From Bigelowiella natans CCMP2755 (taxonomy: Eukaryota; Protista; Cercozoa), in the NCBI GenBank assembly GCA_000320545.1, contig ADNK01003472.1, positions 1 through 64,000 of the forward strand: a stretch of 64,000 bases of DNA. The letters are read 5' to 3'. Positions 1 through 14,357 of the stretch are shown piece by piece. How positions within the stretch are numbered: position 1 is the first letter of the stretch; each line of letters opens with the position of its first letter. Position numbers and translations under genes: made by a program. The notes below the pieces were generated by a model. The model did not search any database. It was not told the origin of the DNA and saw nothing but the letters and a program-made list of their open reading frames with translations.

Positions 1-159
1 TGTCCTTGTTGTATACAATACGACTACTACTACTACTACCACTACCACTTCTTCAATTTGACAGCTGACCCCCCCCCCCCCCCCCCCTCTCTCTCTTTCT
101 CTCTCCTGTCCCCCCTAATAGTAATACACAATGATACTGCAACAACACAAACAGCTTTA

Positions 160-894
160 CTTGACGGCGCACATTTTCTGTCGCTTGGAAGGACCCGAAA
201 TCGGCAAAAAATGGAGCATGGAGGAGTGCTTGGTGATCCAGTGGAAGCTTAAATACAGCAGGGCTAATGGACGACGACGACATCTACGGATGATGATGAT
301 GATGGTGATGATGATAATGATGGTAATAATCGTGTAATATACTTATTGGAACATTTGCTTTCAAGAAGATATACATACATACATACATACATACATACAT
401 GATGATGTTTGGTGAGAATTGAAGACGTTGAGTGTATATGCCATGCTACTACATTGGCCGTACATATCCATTGATGAGGTGATGATATTCAGATGCACAA
501 CATTCATATTTGATGTTATTCACCATGCTACAGGATGATGATGATGATGGTGATATTATAAATGCGTAGTACAAGTAGTAGTAGTAGTAGTAGTAGTAGT
601 AGAATGGATGGATCTTGGATCGTGGATCGTGGGTGTGACTGATTGACTCACATGTGCTTCCCAATCCCTCGATAGAAATCGTCAACATTCACATTATGGT
701 AGGAACTCTTCTTTGGAAGAAAACGCAAGTTATTGCGATGTTTTTCCATAGTTGCTGTTCTGGGCATTGATGTATATCTTTTCCCTCTTCCTTCTCCTTC
801 TCTCAGGCCGCTGCCTGTTTTACAATTGTTTTTCTTTTCCTCTCCTTCGTAACATTGATTGTCTCTGTCTTGGCGTTTACTATTTATCACTCCC

Positions 895-928
<34 letters not shown>

Positions 929-1884
929 GCATCTTTGCTGTCATTGTGATATTACTCCTGCTGTAATCGCCATTATTCCTACAACAACTACTAGTGCTAC
1001 TACCCTTTTGGTTTTGTGGTGGTGCCAATATCCGTTGTTGTCTTCTACTTCTTTCTCTCCCGCTCCTATTAGTATCGTCACCCCCCTTTTCATCATCATT
1101 ATCATCATCACCACCATCACTGTCTTCAAATCTACTTGGCTGCTGCTGCGGCTTAACTGCTACTACTCTGCTGCCGCTGCTGCTGCTTTTAGACTCAGCA
1201 GCAGCAGTAGTAATGGCTGTTTCTGGAAACTTTCTATTGGACATCCATTCGATTGAATTGGCGTACAGTCTCATCATCTGCATCTGTGCGTCGGGGGATG
1301 ATGATGCTGCTGCTGCTGCTGCTGCTTCTACCAACGGATTTGCCATGGTATTCTTCTCATTCTTGCTTTCGTTGCTGGCATCATCAGCATTAGCCATATT
1401 TATGAAGGATAATGGAATGTCTTTCTTACTGCTACTGCCATATCGCTTCATTAAACCCCAGTCACCAATGACTGCCTGCATCAATAGGGATGGATGAATG
1501 AATGATGGGAACAATAATGAAGTCTAACGAGAAAACACACAGGAAAGAAGGAAACTGAGGAGGAGGAGGAGGAGGAGGAGGAGGAGGAGAACAATCAGGA
1601 GAATAGTAGTAGTTTTAGTAGTAGTTTTAGAAGTAGTAGTAGTGTCATGCAACTAAACAGTAATACTTTTCTTTATGTGATATATATAATTGAGGCAAGA
1701 TAACTTGTGACTTTATAATTATCTCCTCCTTTCCTTCATCTTAACAACAGCAATGTCTCATCATTCTCAATGTTGATATTGTTTTACTATTATTGCTAAT
1801 ATCCAGCAAGAGGAGGAGGAAGAGGAGAAGAAGAAGAAGAAAAAGAGAAGATAGTATCACATACAGGGTATTGTTCATAATTAA

Positions 1885-1917
<33 letters not shown>

Positions 1918-2460
1918 CACCTTGACAGCTTGAGGCGTGATTTTGCTAGCACTACCACTGCTAATATCGGCCTCCAGGAACACATTCGCACAGCGTATGT
2001 CGTTATGAACAACTCCTAACACATCGTGTAGATGCCTTAAAGGAAAATGATGCCTGTTGTTTAGATCATAAGGTGACAAATGATGATATCTTCTCCTCCT
2101 CCTCCTCCTCCTCCTCCTCTTCTTTTAATTCCCTCCTTGCTTTCTTCCTTCTACCTGAGGCCTTCTGCAATATCGAGAGCTATTTTGAAGAACCAAGAAG
2201 GGTTTCGAAAGTTGACTAATCCCTTCGCCAATAGCTTATCAGCAGAAGCAAGACTGCACATGATAATAAGAATGGGGAGGGAGGATATCGGATAATTCGT
2301 AACCAAAACAGAAGAAGGAGAAGGACAAATTATGATAAATTTGTCCTGTTTAGTGAACGATATTCCTTCTTCCTTTCGACCTTGTAATACAGGACTAAAC
2401 TATGCCGACGATAATGGGGATAGTGATATGATAATAGTAGTAGTTGGTGCTAGTAGTTGG

Positions 2461-2494
<34 letters not shown>

Positions 2495-4156
2495 GATAAT
2501 AATGCCGTTATCATCTCAAATGATGATGTTTGAAGTGGAATATTACTTGTAGTACTTCGTGACCTACATGATAATAGTAATATTTAGGAGGTGATGACAT
2601 ACGACGATGATCATGAATAATCAAGATCTATTGCTATACTACTAATCGTAGTATTCCACCCATCATCATCATCATCATCATCATCACCACCACCACCCCA
2701 TTAACCATCGACATTTAGCTGCAACAACTAACTACCGGGCAAAGCTTCTCCTTCTTAGTTGTTATGCCATAGAACCTGCAAAAGGATATGATGATGATGA
2801 TGTTCATGATCATTCGCATTGGCGTTTCAGATTTGTACTGGTGTATATATTATGTGTGTGGCGGAGGCAAGCTTTCCAATGGCTCCTTTCCTCCAGAAGA
2901 GCTCTCTTCTTCTTCTTCTTCTTCTTCTTCTTCTTCTTTTGTTTTTTTCTCTGTTCGCACTACTACTACTACTACTACTGCTAGCTAATGCTATAATGTT
3001 CGTAGTAGTACCGGACAACATTAGGATGGGGTTCCATGCGGATGTAAGCAATCAGCTCTTGTAGATCACCCGTACCGTGATGAGGAATCTACGGAGAAGG
3101 AAAGGATATACAGGGGAAAGAGGTGGAGAAGGAATAGGATGAATTATCAGGAGCACCATCTCCACCCAACATATACTGCTGCCTCCTATCAAGCAGCTGG
3201 GAGATAGAGATTATTTCAAATGAAATGAGTTTTTGTTGATGACCCCCCTCAGTGATGGTAGTGTGAAACATCATCATCATCATCATTATCATCATCATCA
3301 TAATCATCAATTCCACCTTTCTTGTGCATATGTGTGTTTGCAGTGTGCGTAGAGAGTCATATCATGTAAAAGAGATATTTGTATAGCAAATGAAATGTAT
3401 TACAGTTACCTTTACGACAACACGATTACCCTTATACGATGCCAAGTACTGGTGTTTTTATTGATTCATTAATTGGTTGTTGATGATTATGATGAGGAGG
3501 AGGAAGAAGAAGAAGAAGATGATGATGATGATGAAATGCAACAATAGAACAGAGCTAAGCACTTGTGAGTAGCAACAAAACTAACGACTGCTACCTAGTA
3601 GTCATCATCACATGACAACAATAACAACAAAGCGCGTCGATCAAAACAGAATATGTAGCCGCAATGTTAGTTTAAAAATAGGCAGCAGTATCGTGGCAAA
3701 CTACTCCTACTACTACTACTACTACCGTTTGGCCAAAGACTCCTGCTCCTATCCGCTCCAAGATGTCGATCTGATGATCAATTGTCAAGAGTAGGACCAA
3801 AAAAAAAAAAGTAGGATGCAGTAGTAACAGAGGTAGAGGTCATTCATTAGCAGTGCTGCAGGAAAGACGACGTCGATGGAATGCTACTGGCTTGTTGGGA
3901 AATAACATGTTTTAAAAATATGAATCGAATTTTCTTTTTCTTAGCGATGGATTCTACTTGATACATTATTATTGTTATTATTACTACTACTACTACTACT
4001 ACTACTACTTTTGTAGGATCCAGGATGCGATCTGTTGCACTGTTACCTCTTCACCATTTAAGTAGTATGTGTGTGCGTGTGTGTGTGCGTGTGTGTGTGC
4101 GTGTGTGTGAGTATGTGATTGTGTATACTCTCCTTTGATCGTAGGTTAGGCATCAC

Positions 4157-4194
<38 letters not shown>

Positions 4195-4257
4195 AGACCT
4201 GCCGTACGACACTCCGTTGACTAATGACCATATCACATCGCGTAAGAATCGCCAAGA
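160..4257 (-). CDS. Multi-exon protein kinase (TKL-like); ends approximate
   Basis: Minus-strand exons give the kinase subdomains in order: ERIGAGVFGQT (~3730-3770), YLASYKGNRVVVK (~3410-3450), MEPHPNVVR (~3010-3040), KIALDIAEGLR|HLHDVLGVVHNDIRCANVFL (~2155-2190, ~1970-2036) and QAVIGDWGLMKR (~1440-1480), with GT-AG borders. Confidence 0.85.
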
Positions 4258-6944
4258 ACGAACTACAGTGATGTTGACTATGTTGTTGTGCTAGAATGAA
4301 GTACCAAATGATGGTTGTTTCGGAAAGAGAAGAGAAGTGGACAATGCAAGTAGTAATGGAGGAAGAAGAAAAGTAAAGAGAAGAAGAAGAAGGAAAAGAA
4401 GAATACTAGGAGCATGTAAATCGTGGGTAATTTTCCTCGATAAGACTACAAATGAGCACGTATTATTTATTAATGGTGTGTACGATGGAGAAGCTAAGAA
4501 ATTCATTCAATATAAGCTTCTTTGATGAGCTAATATGAAGGGCTTGGTCACCCAAATCTCGTCTCTTTTATACTATGTGCCATCATTACACTATCACCAC
4601 CACTACCATGTGCAAGCATAATACACAATAATATTACCGACTGCCATTAGCCAGCAATCGACACGACGTTATATGGTGTGACATCAATAGATAATCAACA
4701 CGGATTTGTTTGTTGCGGATAATATGAATAAATTATTAGATCATTATCATCATCGTCATCATCATCGTCATCATCACCATCATCATTATCTTGATGATAA
4801 TTGTCAACATCATCACCACAACCATCATCACAAAACATACTACTTGAACATTGATTTCAGTCGGGATATTATGTGAGATTGGATAAATAGTATCAACACA
4901 TATCGTGGACAGATAGTTTTCTGTCTAAACGTTCTATTCCTCTCTCTCTCTCTATCTCTCTTTCTCTCTTTCCCACTTCCCTCCCTTACTGACTAATAAG
5001 AATGCCAGAGGAAAATCCGGTGAAAGACATGAACTCTAGGGTGATTGATGCCCAAACGACGGAGAAATCAATCGTATTATAGAAACTAAGTGTTTTAAAA
5101 AATCAAAGCAATAATGACGTATCAGTTAATAGCTGACCACCCTCTTCTTAGTACTTTGTGAGTGTTTGTACTTTAGAATGCGCTACTACTACTACTACTA
5201 CTACTACTACACCTTATCAAACTTAATACCTGCAAAAGTATGTACGAATGTTGAGAAAGAAGTGGAGAACCGTTTCTATTCCGAATATCATTATAATGAA
5301 GAGGCTCATGCTGACCAGTAAAACGTACACCATTATTAGAAACCACTTAGTACAGCTCTAGATGAACATTCACTACATAAATAAACAGACACATCTCACA
5401 CAATTTGTTATCTGGCTGCTAATCAACAGCTTTTAACATCTATATCCTAACAATCAGCTTCTAATTCTCTCCAAAATAATTTGGTCGGAGAAGGGCAATA
5501 GTAGCACATGAAAATGCTGCTGGTGGGAAACTAGTAAATTCAGATGTATGGATTTCAAAACAAGACAAGTGAACAATAAATCGTTGAATCAATCATGCAC
5601 CACTACCTGCTGAGGATGTTATATGCTGTTCCTAATCGTTCATCTGTATACTGCTTTTTGTCAACCCCATCACCGCACTCATCGTCCATTTCACATGCGT
5701 GCTAAAATAACAATAACAATAACATAATAGGAATGAAGGGGTTAGTGCATACATGATAAATTATTAGGCATAGACAGACTTTGCAATTTTCCAATCCATC
5801 TTCGAAGTCTCGAAGACGAATCGATATGGCCAAGAATACAATAATAATGTCCACTAAAAGAAGTGAGCTCAGTATGATCGAAGTGCCTGAATTATGGGCA
5901 AATCCGAAATTTAAATATCTCTTTCTTCTGAAAAAGGAAGGACAAGGAGAAGGGGGTGGAGAATTACTCACTGGGATGATGCAGCACCCAATTAAGCTTT
6001 TCTTTGTATCCTTGGCCACCATAATTATCTTCCACGTTTTGGACTCTCTTCTCGTACCTAACATGATGGGAAAATAAGACATGAGTGCTCTAATTAACTT
6101 TTGCAAGCATACCCTCAGTATTTGTATGTATTTACCACTCATGGAAAGCACCCTTTAACGATGCTTGCTGCTCATGCATAGGCCTCCTCACTAAACTTTT
6201 ATAGTAGTGAAACTTTATAGCGCCTGGGAGGGATTGATCCTTCGGAAATTGACGACTACCTCCTCATGAGCTGCAATGGGGCTTTGGCCACCAGGTTGAT
6301 GTCGCAGCTGTCTGATTGGGACCCAATTTGGAGCTGCTTTTCGATAATAACATGTCGCAGCTGTCTGGTTGGTCTCCTGGTCGAAGCTGCTCCATGCTCA
6401 TCATATTGGAGCACGGCGACATGCTGTTGTCTCTCTGTACAAACCACCACCGATCACCATGGAAATAATATACACCACATATATCTTGGTGAAGATAATA
6501 TGCATAATGCAGCAGCATGTAGGTTGCATGTCTCGTTGGATGGTTGGATTCTGCACTCATGATAAAAGCAGGAAGTATTTGGTGCTAAAAATTGACATAA
6601 ATGTGAACTGTTGATTCATGATCCACACATCGCTGTTGGGGAACATCAACACCACTGCCATGCGCTAACGCGCTCCTTCATTCCTATCATCCCAGGGGGG
6701 ATATATAAAAAGGGGTTGGTAGTCCCTTCCCCCTCTGTGGGGAGGGCTTATCATCTTCTGACCGTAACAATAGCTGGAATGGTGGCACACGCGGTCCTAT
6801 CATCCTTGTACCCGGTCTTTACCCACTGGATTTGCATGCCAAATGCTGCTGCTACACGCTTGAGGCCATGCATGTTTTTTATTATAATAATAAAATATTT
6901 ATTGATGTTGTCCACCATGGCTTCTGCTTTGTCTCCTCCCTGTG

Positions 6945-6978
<34 letters not shown>

Positions 6979-6997
6979 TTACTAAATTTTGATTCGC

Positions 6998-7276
6998 AGC
7001 AAGAACGACGCCACCACCTTCGAAATAAGGTGAATTGGTCGCAGCTTGAACGGTGGAAAGGGCCACAATGGGTCAGAGAGGTCAAACAAACGCATGTATT
7101 AATATTGCCACATTGTGTCATGATGTAGCTAATTTGGGACTCCCCATCCGCATACTTATCAACAATTCTCTCTCCTACTACTACGACCTATCTGTCTCTT
7201 TTTCTTACAGCAAGCTCGAGCTAAGTTGGAGAAGAAACTCGCAGGGCAAAAAGTATACTTGAAGAGAAAGTATAAG

Positions 7277-7308
<32 letters not shown>

Positions 7309-8669
7309 AAGAAGGGAAAAAAAAAACCTCCAAATGTCTCCACACGGTGGTACCAATGAAATATGACTGCTTCTTCTCCCTCTTGTTCGTCTTCCTTCCT
7401 TCTCTTCTGTCTCAATATTACCAGACAAAGAAGCCACCCGTGTTGGAAGGCGAACACAGAAAGGTAGCTGCTATTTAACAATGAAACAGTTATAGGAGTG
7501 CGAAGAAGCACATGATGAGGAATTAAAAGTTGGATAGCTGGGTCTGTGTCTGTTTTTAAATAACGATCAATTGCAGAAGAAATCTCGACAACGCATTCGC
7601 TCAGAGGAAGGGAGAGGCTATTCTGGTAGGATTGAGAACAAATATTTGAATATATGTAAGCTATAGCCCGCAACATGATTATTATTCTTATATTCATGTT
7701 ACTATTATTACTATTCTATGAATGAATACCTTTCTGCTGCCAACTGATAAACCAACTCCATAGTCATCATCATCATCATCATTCTCTTCACCATCTATAC
7801 ACTCGAATACTACTACTATAACCTCTAGGTCATGCTGGTGGTTATTACCCTTCACAAAGGATTCTCCTCGTTGGAGATGTAAGATATTGATTATGCAATG
7901 CATATGGACCTTTGCATATTATAGTGTGCATCTGTTATCATATTAGGGCGATTTGAGCTTCGGTGCAAGTTTGTGTCGTATTTTCAGTAGGGGCAGCAGC
8001 AGCAGCAGCAGCAGTTGTTCCTCAGAATACTACTCAAGGAGAGGCGGTAGAGGTGGTGGTGGTGGTGGTGGTGATGCCAAACGAAACCGCAAGAGATCGA
8101 AAGCTAGTGTTGACGAACATATCGATGATGATGAGGGCAGTAGCAATAACGAGAATTATGATTACATTCAAGACGATGAGAAACACGGCAGCACTGGATT
8201 TGCAATACATCGACATGATGGGGGTGGTACCCCTACTTCTGCTACTACTACTAGAACTCCAGCAGCAACCAATCTTGTTGTTACGGCCTTTGAATCCTAT
8301 CAGCTTTGTAAGCAATGGTGAGTGAGTAGTACTAGGATGTTGATGGTTGCGTTTTTTGCTACTGCTGCTACTGCTGCTACTGCGAAATTAGTCCGAGGGA
8401 AAATTTGGAGAGAGCAGAAAGAAGCTTGGATGAGAGAGTAGTTACTGTCTTTCTATTATTTTTCATTTCTCACAAAGGTACCCTGAAATAGTGGAAAACG
8501 AGAAGGAAATAAAGAAACACGGCGCTAAGGCAACAACAACAACAACAACACACATGAACAATTGTAAAGTTGGCAAATGGTGTAGTTGGAGAGGGGGATA
8601 GTAGAGCTATGGCATGAGTACTATCGTCGAGTAACATAATAACAACACAGTCTATCTATCTATCTATAC

Positions 8670-8702
<33 letters not shown>

Positions 8703-8859
8703 ATCCATGGAACAGCACATCATACTACGACCACTTCTTCTTCTTCTACTTATACTACTACTACTACTAACTGCATAATAGGTTATGTTTGGAGTCGATG
8801 CCACCTGCCTTCGCTCCTTCTTTGGCCCTGAGTAAGAGAAAGAAATATGATGATGATGC

Positions 8860-8890
<31 letters not shown>

Positions 8891-10603
8891 ATCCATAATA
8901 GGAAAGGAAGCAATCGTGAGCAAACACGTAGTATTAGTCGTGGGCACAACCGACCTATTCGAGCAGGTGATAGAGCTCCAGATCCCTATGACTACCGAAA
9001 CCAGGATTGGCGGTAATATTGTTGCTATTGTTGATGTTGTTCATGATAGGATAATCATCGATTACGGTGTCACATACAATTACTTCATTATCATTTATCA
9101 TTGTCACCCGTCATCATCTTCATCGTCATCATGATCAGATTTGACCGTATAGTGTTCAACTTTCCCCTCGTCACGAAACGATTCAAGACTGCAGTACTAC
9201 TACTACTACTACTACTACTTCTACTACTAGTAGTATCATTATCCTATTTTGATGTTAGATTTATCTGTCAGATGATGGTGGATAGGATCATCGATCACAA
9301 ATATTATTATTGTTTCATCATAATCATTATTAATAATATGGTGTGTTTGGGTGATATTAAAAGGGCAGCAACATCAGGGCAAATCAGTACCTTTTGTCTT
9401 CATTTTTCCAGTCATGTTTGCAAGTTCTGAAACCCAAAGGAGAGATTCACATCTCGATTCAAAGATGTGCCCCATACACCAAATTCGGACTATTACAACT
9501 CGCTAAAGACTCCTCCAGGTAGTGATAATTGTACGCCTTCTTCGTGGTTAGAATACAATCATCATGAACATCATTATCAGACATGTGTTGTGCTTGGTGG
9601 CATCGAACGAATTTGATCCTCGTCGTTTTCCAGGGTATGTATGTAGATAGATAACAATAATAAGAGTGCATCATCAAAATCATCCTACTAACGATAATAT
9701 AATTCTGCTTGCTCCTGTTTGTTCTATACTTTGATCACCTACTACTCTAGTACTTTTAAGATAAATGTCAACTAATCCCTATTCATGGTCTTATTGTCCC
9801 GTTGTTCCCTTCTCATTTTCTTCTTCAGATATATTTACCGTGCAGCAAGACAAAACTATCAAAATAGCAGCAGTGGTACCACTAGCACCACTAGCAAGGA
9901 TGCAACAGCAGTAGCAACCTCTATCAATAATACTGCTTGGGGCCGTCCTGCTGCTGAAATAATGAAGAAGAAGACAAAGTGGGTGCCGTCAGTATTAACA
10001 TGATCATCTTCATTATCATCATCATCCTTATCAATTGTTGTCTGCTACTAAAACAGAGATCATAGGAATGATGAGTTCTTCTACAGCAAAAACCCCATTA
10101 CTTACCGATGGCACCGCAACGATACCGATATGCAAATAGCCATACTCAAAGCTAAGTCGTCGCTGCTTGCACCAGGTCTCATTGCACCGAAGAAATACAC
10201 GAACTCCTTACTGTTATCATCGCGTAAAGGAGGAGGAGGAGGAGGAGGAGGAGCAGCAGCGGAGACGACGACAAGCACCGGTGTGATTGCTGCTTTGGGC
10301 AATAGAGCAATGATTGGTGTTGATCTTTCTTCCCCGAAGTCGTTGTCTACTACACCACCTAGCATCCTTACCACAGGAGCTGGTGCAACGATCAAAACAG
10401 ACACAATTCCTAATCAAAGGTAATAATGCTACTACTAGGAATAGGTGAGAAGAAGGAAGAGAAAGAGGAGGTTCAGTCGGTGCACTACGACACTAAGAAG
10501 AAGAAGATGGAAGTGATGCTACTGGGATATTGTTGGTGAATTACGGTGGTGGTGGTGATGATGATGATGATGCTGACGACTGTCCTCGTTATTAATGATG
10601 ATC

Positions 10604-10640
<37 letters not shown>

Positions 10641-11168
10641 AGGGAGAGAGCACGAATGCTGTCGGTACTTCTCAAGCAAAAAGCAGCAGGAAAGCTTGGT
10701 CTCTCCAGCAGCAGCAGCACCTTCCAAGATAATAACTATGGTAGTAGTAGTAGGCTAGAAGGGAAGAAGACAAAGTCGATGATGATGATGATAGTGATGA
10801 TGATGATGGTGATGATGACAATGGTGAATGAATTATATCTGTGATATCTCTCCTTCTGCTGTCTCACGATAACAATCACTCTCCTCCTCTTTCTGTTCTT
10901 CATGATTCATAATGTTTGTCAGGTGGTATTGTGCAGATGAATTCTCGTAAAGAGAATCGTAGCATAGTCGTGGCCACACAGTACCAGGATTTTCCACTGA
11001 AAAAGGGTACCATCGTCAGGCTAACTGGTAAGTACAGTACTGATTGCTTGCTACGTAGTCACCAAAGAAGAACAAAATACAACAACAACAACAAAAACAA
11101 CAACAACAACGACAACAATAATAATAAGAAGAACAATATATATTCTTATTTAGGCAAAATTTTGATGC

Positions 11169-11200
<32 letters not shown>

Positions 11201-11716
11201 AATTACGGTAATGATCACTATTTGCTATATTTTGAGATGGTAAATAGCCCCATATGATCTTCATAAACAACACTATCATCATTACCATCATCACCATCAT
11301 CATTACAATCATCTCGATGTAATTCTAGCAAGGGCTATTATTCAAACATTGATCATACTCTCCCTTATTCATTCATTTAGCGATTGTTTTATTATTCATT
11401 TATGTATGTATGTATGTATGATGTGTGTATGTATGTAGGATTGCGCCGATTCAAAACTGACGAAAGACTTCCCGGCCATGTCGTCGGATTTGTTCTCGAG
11501 CGTGGATGCTACATCGTACATGTATGCAATAATAGAGTGATGGTGATGATGGTGATGATGATAAACTCAATAATAAGAGCAACAGGCCAATGAAATCAGT
11601 AGCTTCGATAGAAAGAACATTGATATTACCCACACCTACACGCAATCATCATCATCATCATCATCATATTCAATCGTTGTTTCTGGGTGTGTTATTAATC
11701 GTTTCGTGGTGTGTGC

Positions 11717-11748
<32 letters not shown>

Positions 11749-12513
11749 CATCATCAGATCCCAAACAACGACCACAGACTCTATGTTCCTCCTGAAAATG
11801 TGCGCCAAATTCTAAGGAAAGTGCTTGTGAAAAGGGTAATGCTAAAGTTGATGATGATGATGATTATTATTATTATTATTATTGACAATAATTATGATCT
11901 TAAGTAATAATGATAATGGGTATGGTGCTTGTTGTTGTAGTTGTAGCAGCAGTGGTAGTGGTAGTAGTAGTAACTATGCTAAGGAGCAGCTGTTAGTGTG
12001 CTGCTGCTGCTACTTACTGTTGGTAATTATTACTGTTCTTTCCTACGATATCTTCATCATTATATCAGTGACAGCTCTTCCCTGCTTGTAATATACTGTT
12101 TTGTTATATTTGATCTGTGTTGAATGATGGCCTTTTTAACAACTTATCAGAATGATTGCAATTATGATGATGGTTATGATGGGGCTCGTAACCAGAAGCA
12201 CCAGCACTCTGGAGAGTTGATGATGTATGAGGGTCGTATGTTGGCATTCAATGCATCGTCCTCTTCTTCTTCTTCTTCTTCTTCTTCTTCTTCTTCTGCA
12301 CACCAATCCCCATACGCTAACAACCCTTCGTATCTTGTGCGCCTTCTTAAGAATTTGAGAGATAATGATGGTAGTAAGGAGAAGAAGAACGAGAAGAGTA
12401 CCAGCAGCAGCAGCAGCAGCAGCATCAGCAGTAGTAAATGGTATAGATGGGATGAGCTTGTCGTTCCAAATGGAACACACGTTTACATTCACAGCCTCAC
12501 CCACCAAACGGTA

Positions 12514-12516
<3 letters not shown>
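6998..12516 (+). CDS. DUF2431 / BMT5-like (25S rRNA m3U methyltransferase-like) domain protein with long low-complexity extensions; multi-exon, ends uncertain
   Basis: Exons encode GDLSFGASLC (~7945), NLVVTAFES (~8270), FDRIVFNFP (~9140), VLKPKGEIHISIQRCAPYTKF (~9425) and FDPRRFPG (~9615), which is the DUF2431 motif order. Joining the 7.0-7.6 kb and 10-12.5 kb exons to this gene is inferred. Confidence 0.7.
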
Positions 12517-12548
<32 letters not shown>

Positions 12549-13114
12549 ATAGGTGAATTCATGTTTGTAGTTCAATACTGATGATGATGATGATGATGAT
12601 AAATATGAGCTAAATTTCAAACAGCAAAGTTGAGCTACTTTCGGGCGAAGTAGATTTATGTGTATTTGCTTGATTATATCTTGCTCGTCTAGCCGTGATT
12701 ATACCGAAGATTGGATGGATGATTTTAAGTGTTTAAATTATATTTTGGCTTGTCTTTTTGTGTAATATTTTCATTTTTGAACATTTCTCTTCCTTCATTG
12801 TGTAATTTAGGAATTGAACGGGGCAATGGGTAAAGTTATAAATTGGAGCCAATCCGAAGGAAGATATCATATCAATCTGCGTCGTCACCCACGGATTATA
12901 GTCAAACTTCGCCCTCAAAACTTAATCTGCTAGAATAAACAAATCTTACATGCCTTATTTTGAACGTTCTTGTGCAGCAACGCTATCGTAAATCTGTTGT
13001 CATAGTATACTTTGAAGTATGCATATGTGAGCTGGCTCGCAGGAATAAGACTGTGGCATGTCTGTGTGGTTATTTAGCTTGCTTTGCCATGCGTACCAGC
13101 GCTTACACATAGTG

Positions 13115-13159
<45 letters not shown>

Positions 13160-13511
13160 TATGAATATGTGTGTGTGTATGCGCGTGTGCTGCATTTACC
13201 ATTCGTACAATTCATTTTAAGTCTCATCGCCACTTTTATGAAATGGCGGCGCGAGAGCTGACACATTAGATCAATAGCTTCGTATACGTAAAATTAAATG
13301 TTACAATGACGCTGCTTACAACGAGGATGATGATGATTTAAAATAAATTATTTTGCTGCGAGTTTTGTAAGTACATTGCTGGCCACCTAGCTATATAGAT
13401 TTAGTATTTAGCAGCTATTGGTCATTTCTTGAAACCGTATTTAATAATCTGTGATAACACCAGAGTAAACAGTTGTTTCATACGGCATTTGCTGATTATT
13501 CATTTGTATTT

Positions 13512-14310
13512 TTATACTTTGAAGTTACACGCGCAAAACCATCCTCGAAAAATCATGGCTGATGAATTCCGCAGAGTTTGTTCGAAACTGCAATGTTCTT
13601 CGCATTCAAGTATTGATGATGGCGTGTGGCGAGGTAGGAGATTTTCCACAAGTAAACCTAACAACTGGCTGTCGCGCTTCATTTCGTTGGTGTTCATGCT
13701 TGATGTGTCTGAATAGATTAGAATTGCAACATGTTGTCATAACACTAATGCCGTATTTCCATGATTTTATCGTATGACTCTGAGGTTATCACTAACATCT
13801 CCAAATCGAAATATTACTACCTACGTACGACAATTGTGAGTAGACAATTCACCATCATCATCATCATCATCATCATCATCCTCATCATCACCTTATTAGT
13901 TCATCCGCAGAGTAGAACTCAATCTTGCAGTTGTCGCAGAAGACGCGCAAGCTACTTGGATGGATGATAAATTGTGATAAGAATTTGATAATTTCTATAA
14001 TAAGACCTCGGTTAAGACTCTGGTGAAGCATAATGGTGTGGATGTATGATAATCATATGCGATTATGGGTGCCGGAAAAGTAGTCTTTTAGTTATTGCAT
14101 TCTCAAAATTTCATCATTCATTTACTATATATCTTACTCAATCAGCAATGCCATCATCATCGTTCATCATCATTATTATCAGCAGCAGTGGCAATGGCAT
14201 CATCCTTTTTGTCTTTGTATCATACGTCTTAAAATTGCTGTGGTTGCTGCTTTTCCGAAATACAGCTTCTTCAGATTTTCGAATGTGATAATAAACATTG
14301 AGCTAAAAGA

Positions 14311-14357
<47 letters not shown>

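Noticed and set aside
752-1497. Poly-M/poly-L/poly-Y ORFs from the ORF track here and throughout the window
   Set aside because: Off-frame or antisense translations of microsatellites.
5702-6860. Possible membrane-protein exons (minus strand) and an LTR-like stretch with a TATA box and a 16-bp direct repeat (ATGTCGCAGCTGTCTG)
   Set aside because: No family motif, element termini or partner repeat could be established.
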